The notes under the pieces were generated by a model that saw only the letters and a list, made by a program, of their open reading frames with translations, searched no databases and had not been told where the DNA came from. The position numbers and the translations under genes were made by a program. This document shows, in pieces, positions 18,177 through 20,054 of a DNA stretch of 20,054 bases. The stretch is from assembly GCA_038046385.1 (NCBI GenBank), contig JBBSWH010000018.1:1-20054 (forward strand). The letters are read 5' to 3'. This DNA comes from Nanobdellota archaeon (lineage in GTDB: Archaea > Nanobdellota > Nanobdellia > Woesearchaeales > GW2011-AR4). Each line of letters starts with the position of its first letter. Within the stretch, counting starts at the first letter, position 1.

Positions 18177-19383
18177 GGGGAAATCCTCCTAAAACACCTT
18201 CTCTGTAATACTCCCCATAATCTTTGTTGATTTTAGGATTATTCTTAACGACATTATGAAGATTAATTATTTTGCTAACTGAATCATCTTTTTCAATTAT
18301 ATTAATTTGATCACTCCTTAAATAGTTTAATACTTCTGGTTGGTGTGTCGTAAACAAAAGTTGAGACCCGTTATCTTTTTTTGAAAAACTATTTAGGATA
18401 AATTCTACTATTTCGATATTATAAGATGTTTCAATTTCATCATAAAGAATTATGGAGTCTTTTGATAATTTTAATAAGTTATAAAATATTAAAATAAACT
18501 TTTGTGTTCCACTAGATTCCGCGTTGAAATTAATCTTAATAGTTTTATTTTTATGTTTGTGGATTAAATCTAAATCCATAATTTCTTTCTCACTTATTTT
18601 TTGGTTCATGGTTCCTTTATCATCTGTTTGGATAAGTTCAATTGTCTTAATCTTTCTTTTAACTAATTCTAAATCACTAATCGAAAAATCAGCAAATGAT
18701 AAATTATCCAAAAGGTTGCCTTTCAACTTTTTATCTTTTAATAATTCAAAGTCTGGTGGCATATTGAACAAAGTATTAATTACAATTATTTTAGAAAAAA
18801 AATCATATATGGGTTTCAGTGTTTTTGAGTTTAATTGTACTGCTCTTGAAAGCATTAAAGTTTGAGGTATGACACTATGTGTTAATAGTTTTAATTCCTT
18901 CTCAAATTTTTTATTAGTAAATTGAAATCTTTTGTTAAGATTATCTTCATCCCTTGTAAAAATCTCTTTTGGTTTTTGTGTTTCATAAACTATTGCAAAT
19001 TCTTTTACTATTTTTTTATTTGTGTATGAAAACCCATAAACATATTTTTTATTTTCAGATATAAATGTTAGTTCAAATTCAGTAGGTTTTCCTTGTTCTG
19101 TAATAAAAGGAGAATACCTAATATTAGTGTCTACATTATGTTTTTGAGAATTTAAAACCATCTCTTTCATAAAGTTCAAACCTGAAAGTAAAGATGTTTT
19201 TCCTGAACCATTAACACCTACAAGTCCGGAAGTCTTTAAAATATCTAAACCATTTATTTTAGTTATAAACTTTGTTCCAGTTTGTTCTTTAGATTTTCTT
19301 TCAAAGCTTAAAACATCCCCTTCTTTGTATGAGTTATAGTTTTTTATTTTAAATTCAATTATCATATTCTTAGGAATGTACAT
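18154..19383 (-). CDS. RloA/AbiLi-like AAA_21 (ABC-type) ATPase; true start probably ATG 19365
   Basis: IEFKIKNYNSYK, Walker A GVNGSGKT, ESSGTQK, Walker B ILYDEIE, QLLFTTH, YREGVLGGFP. TTTAAATA at 19388-19395 is 23 nt from ATG 19365. Confidence 0.9.
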   Translation of the reverse strand: MYIPKNMIIEFKIKNYNSYKEGDVLSFERKSKEQTGTKFITKINGLDILKTSGLVGVNGSGKTSLLSGLNFMKEMVLNSQKHNVDTNIRYSPFITEQGKPTEFELTFISENKKYVYGFSYTNKKIVKEFAIVYETQKPKEIFTRDEDNLNKRFQFTNKKFEKELKLLTHSVIPQTLMLSRAVQLNSKTLKPIYDFFSKIIVINTLFNMPPDFELLKDKKLKGNLLDNLSFADFSISDLELVKRKIKTIELIQTDDKGTMNQKISEKEIMDLDLIHKHKNKTIKINFNAESSGTQKFILIFYNLLKLSKDSIILYDEIETSYNIEIVEFILNSFSKKDNGSQLLFTTHQPEVLNYLRSDQINIIEKDDSVSKIINLHNVVKNNPKINKDYGEYYREGVLGGFPHVYKENE

Positions 19384-19578
19384 CTAGTATTTAAATGTTT
19401 GCATTTTATTCATTATTTTCCTGTTTTCTTTTAAAAAATAATGGAAAATGAGAAAATAAGTCTTTTTTTAAACTTATTTTATTTTTAGAGCAACGAAATT
19501 GTGAGTATATATGTGCGTAGTGCCAGCCCCCTCTCAGTCTAAAGTAAGTAAAAATTTGGGTGAAGCGAAGCGTAACCG

Positions 19579-19890
19579 TTAAACTAATGTTAGAAAAATT
19601 CCTCTTACATTCTTCACTGCTTGAGTGATTAGTGCAGATATTAGAGAACTGATTGCTCCACCAATATACCCATAAATTAATGTTATAATCTGCTGTGAAA
19701 GTAAATCTGCGAAAGCTGAGTCTCCAGAAGCAGCAACTGTTACCGTCTTAAGTGAAAACATAATCAAAGGAACTGCACCAGCTACACCTGCAACCGTTCT
19801 AAGATCTTTAACTATCTTATTTGAAAAAGCAAAACCGAGTCCAGCACTACCTAATATATCAATAATTAATACAAATACATCAATTTCCAT
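19579..19890 (-). CDS. Small three-TM membrane protein
   Basis: 103 aa hydrophobic; stop codon lies inside GTTTAAC. Confidence 0.75.
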   Translation of the reverse strand: MEIDVFVLIIDILGSAGLGFAFSNKIVKDLRTVAGVAGAVPLIMFSLKTVTVAASGDSAFADLLSQQIITLIYGYIGGAISSLISALITQAVKNVRGIFLTLV

Positions 19891-19996
19891 ATATAACAGG
19901 AAATAGTTACACTTTTTATTTTTTTCTACAGTTTAACGAAGGCACCTATCTAAAGGATTCGAGGTTTACCGACGGAGGAGGCAGTAAGAAAATTTT

Positions 19997-20054
19997 GGCT
20001 AACATCGGAATTTGGCGAAGTCGTTTAAGTTCCGCAGAACATTAAATGATTTGG
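19997..20054 (-). repeat. attC-like site 5 (cut by window end)
   Basis: GGCTAAC-ATCGGAATTTGGCGAAGT-CGTTTAAGTTCCGCAGAACATTAAATG-ATTTGG. Confidence 0.8.

Larger units (their letters stand above)
16334..20002 (-). mobile_element. Gene cassette D (membrane protein, RloA/RloB, exported protein; 3.7 kb)
   Basis: Ends GTTAGCC (16460) and GGCTAAC (19997) are exact complements, followed by 13- and 11-bp complementary blocks; cargo is visibly AT-rich. Confidence 0.75.

Noticed and set aside
9245-20054. CRISPR array interpretation of the recurring elements
   Set aside because: Copies are 0.9-4.3 kb apart, vary in length and sequence, and flank whole genes; no cas genes are present.

Overview
Archaeal DNA: archaeal-type r-proteins, Cbf5 and TATA boxes about 23 nt before start codons, in a compact style that suggests DPANN/Woesearchaeota (inference). 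Positions 1-9244 are mostly housekeeping: a probable IS200/IS605 right end, purA, a convergent RelE-like toxin/antitoxin pair, cbf5, a nucleoside phosphorylase, rps19e-PDCD5-rpl39e-rpl31e, a wHTH regulator and a thioredoxin-fold protein. Positions 9245-20054 are an array of five attC-like sites (TAAC...ATTTGGG...TAAnnnCTGTTA) with no integrase in the window. They separate multi-gene, self-promoted, mostly defence cassettes: HEPN/MNT, an unknown gene, NgoPII-type R-M + Vsr + DUF262/HEPN, and RloA/RloB (AbiL-like) with membrane proteins. The unusual feature is that the two ends of a cassette, and the flanks of gene modules inside it, are complementary across kilobases. G-T wobbles and many c-GAA-g mini-hairpins favour the + strand, so each cassette appears built to fold as ssDNA into a branched structure with its genes in the loops. 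A headless gene starting exactly at one site's GTT marks the likely crossover point and the array orientation.
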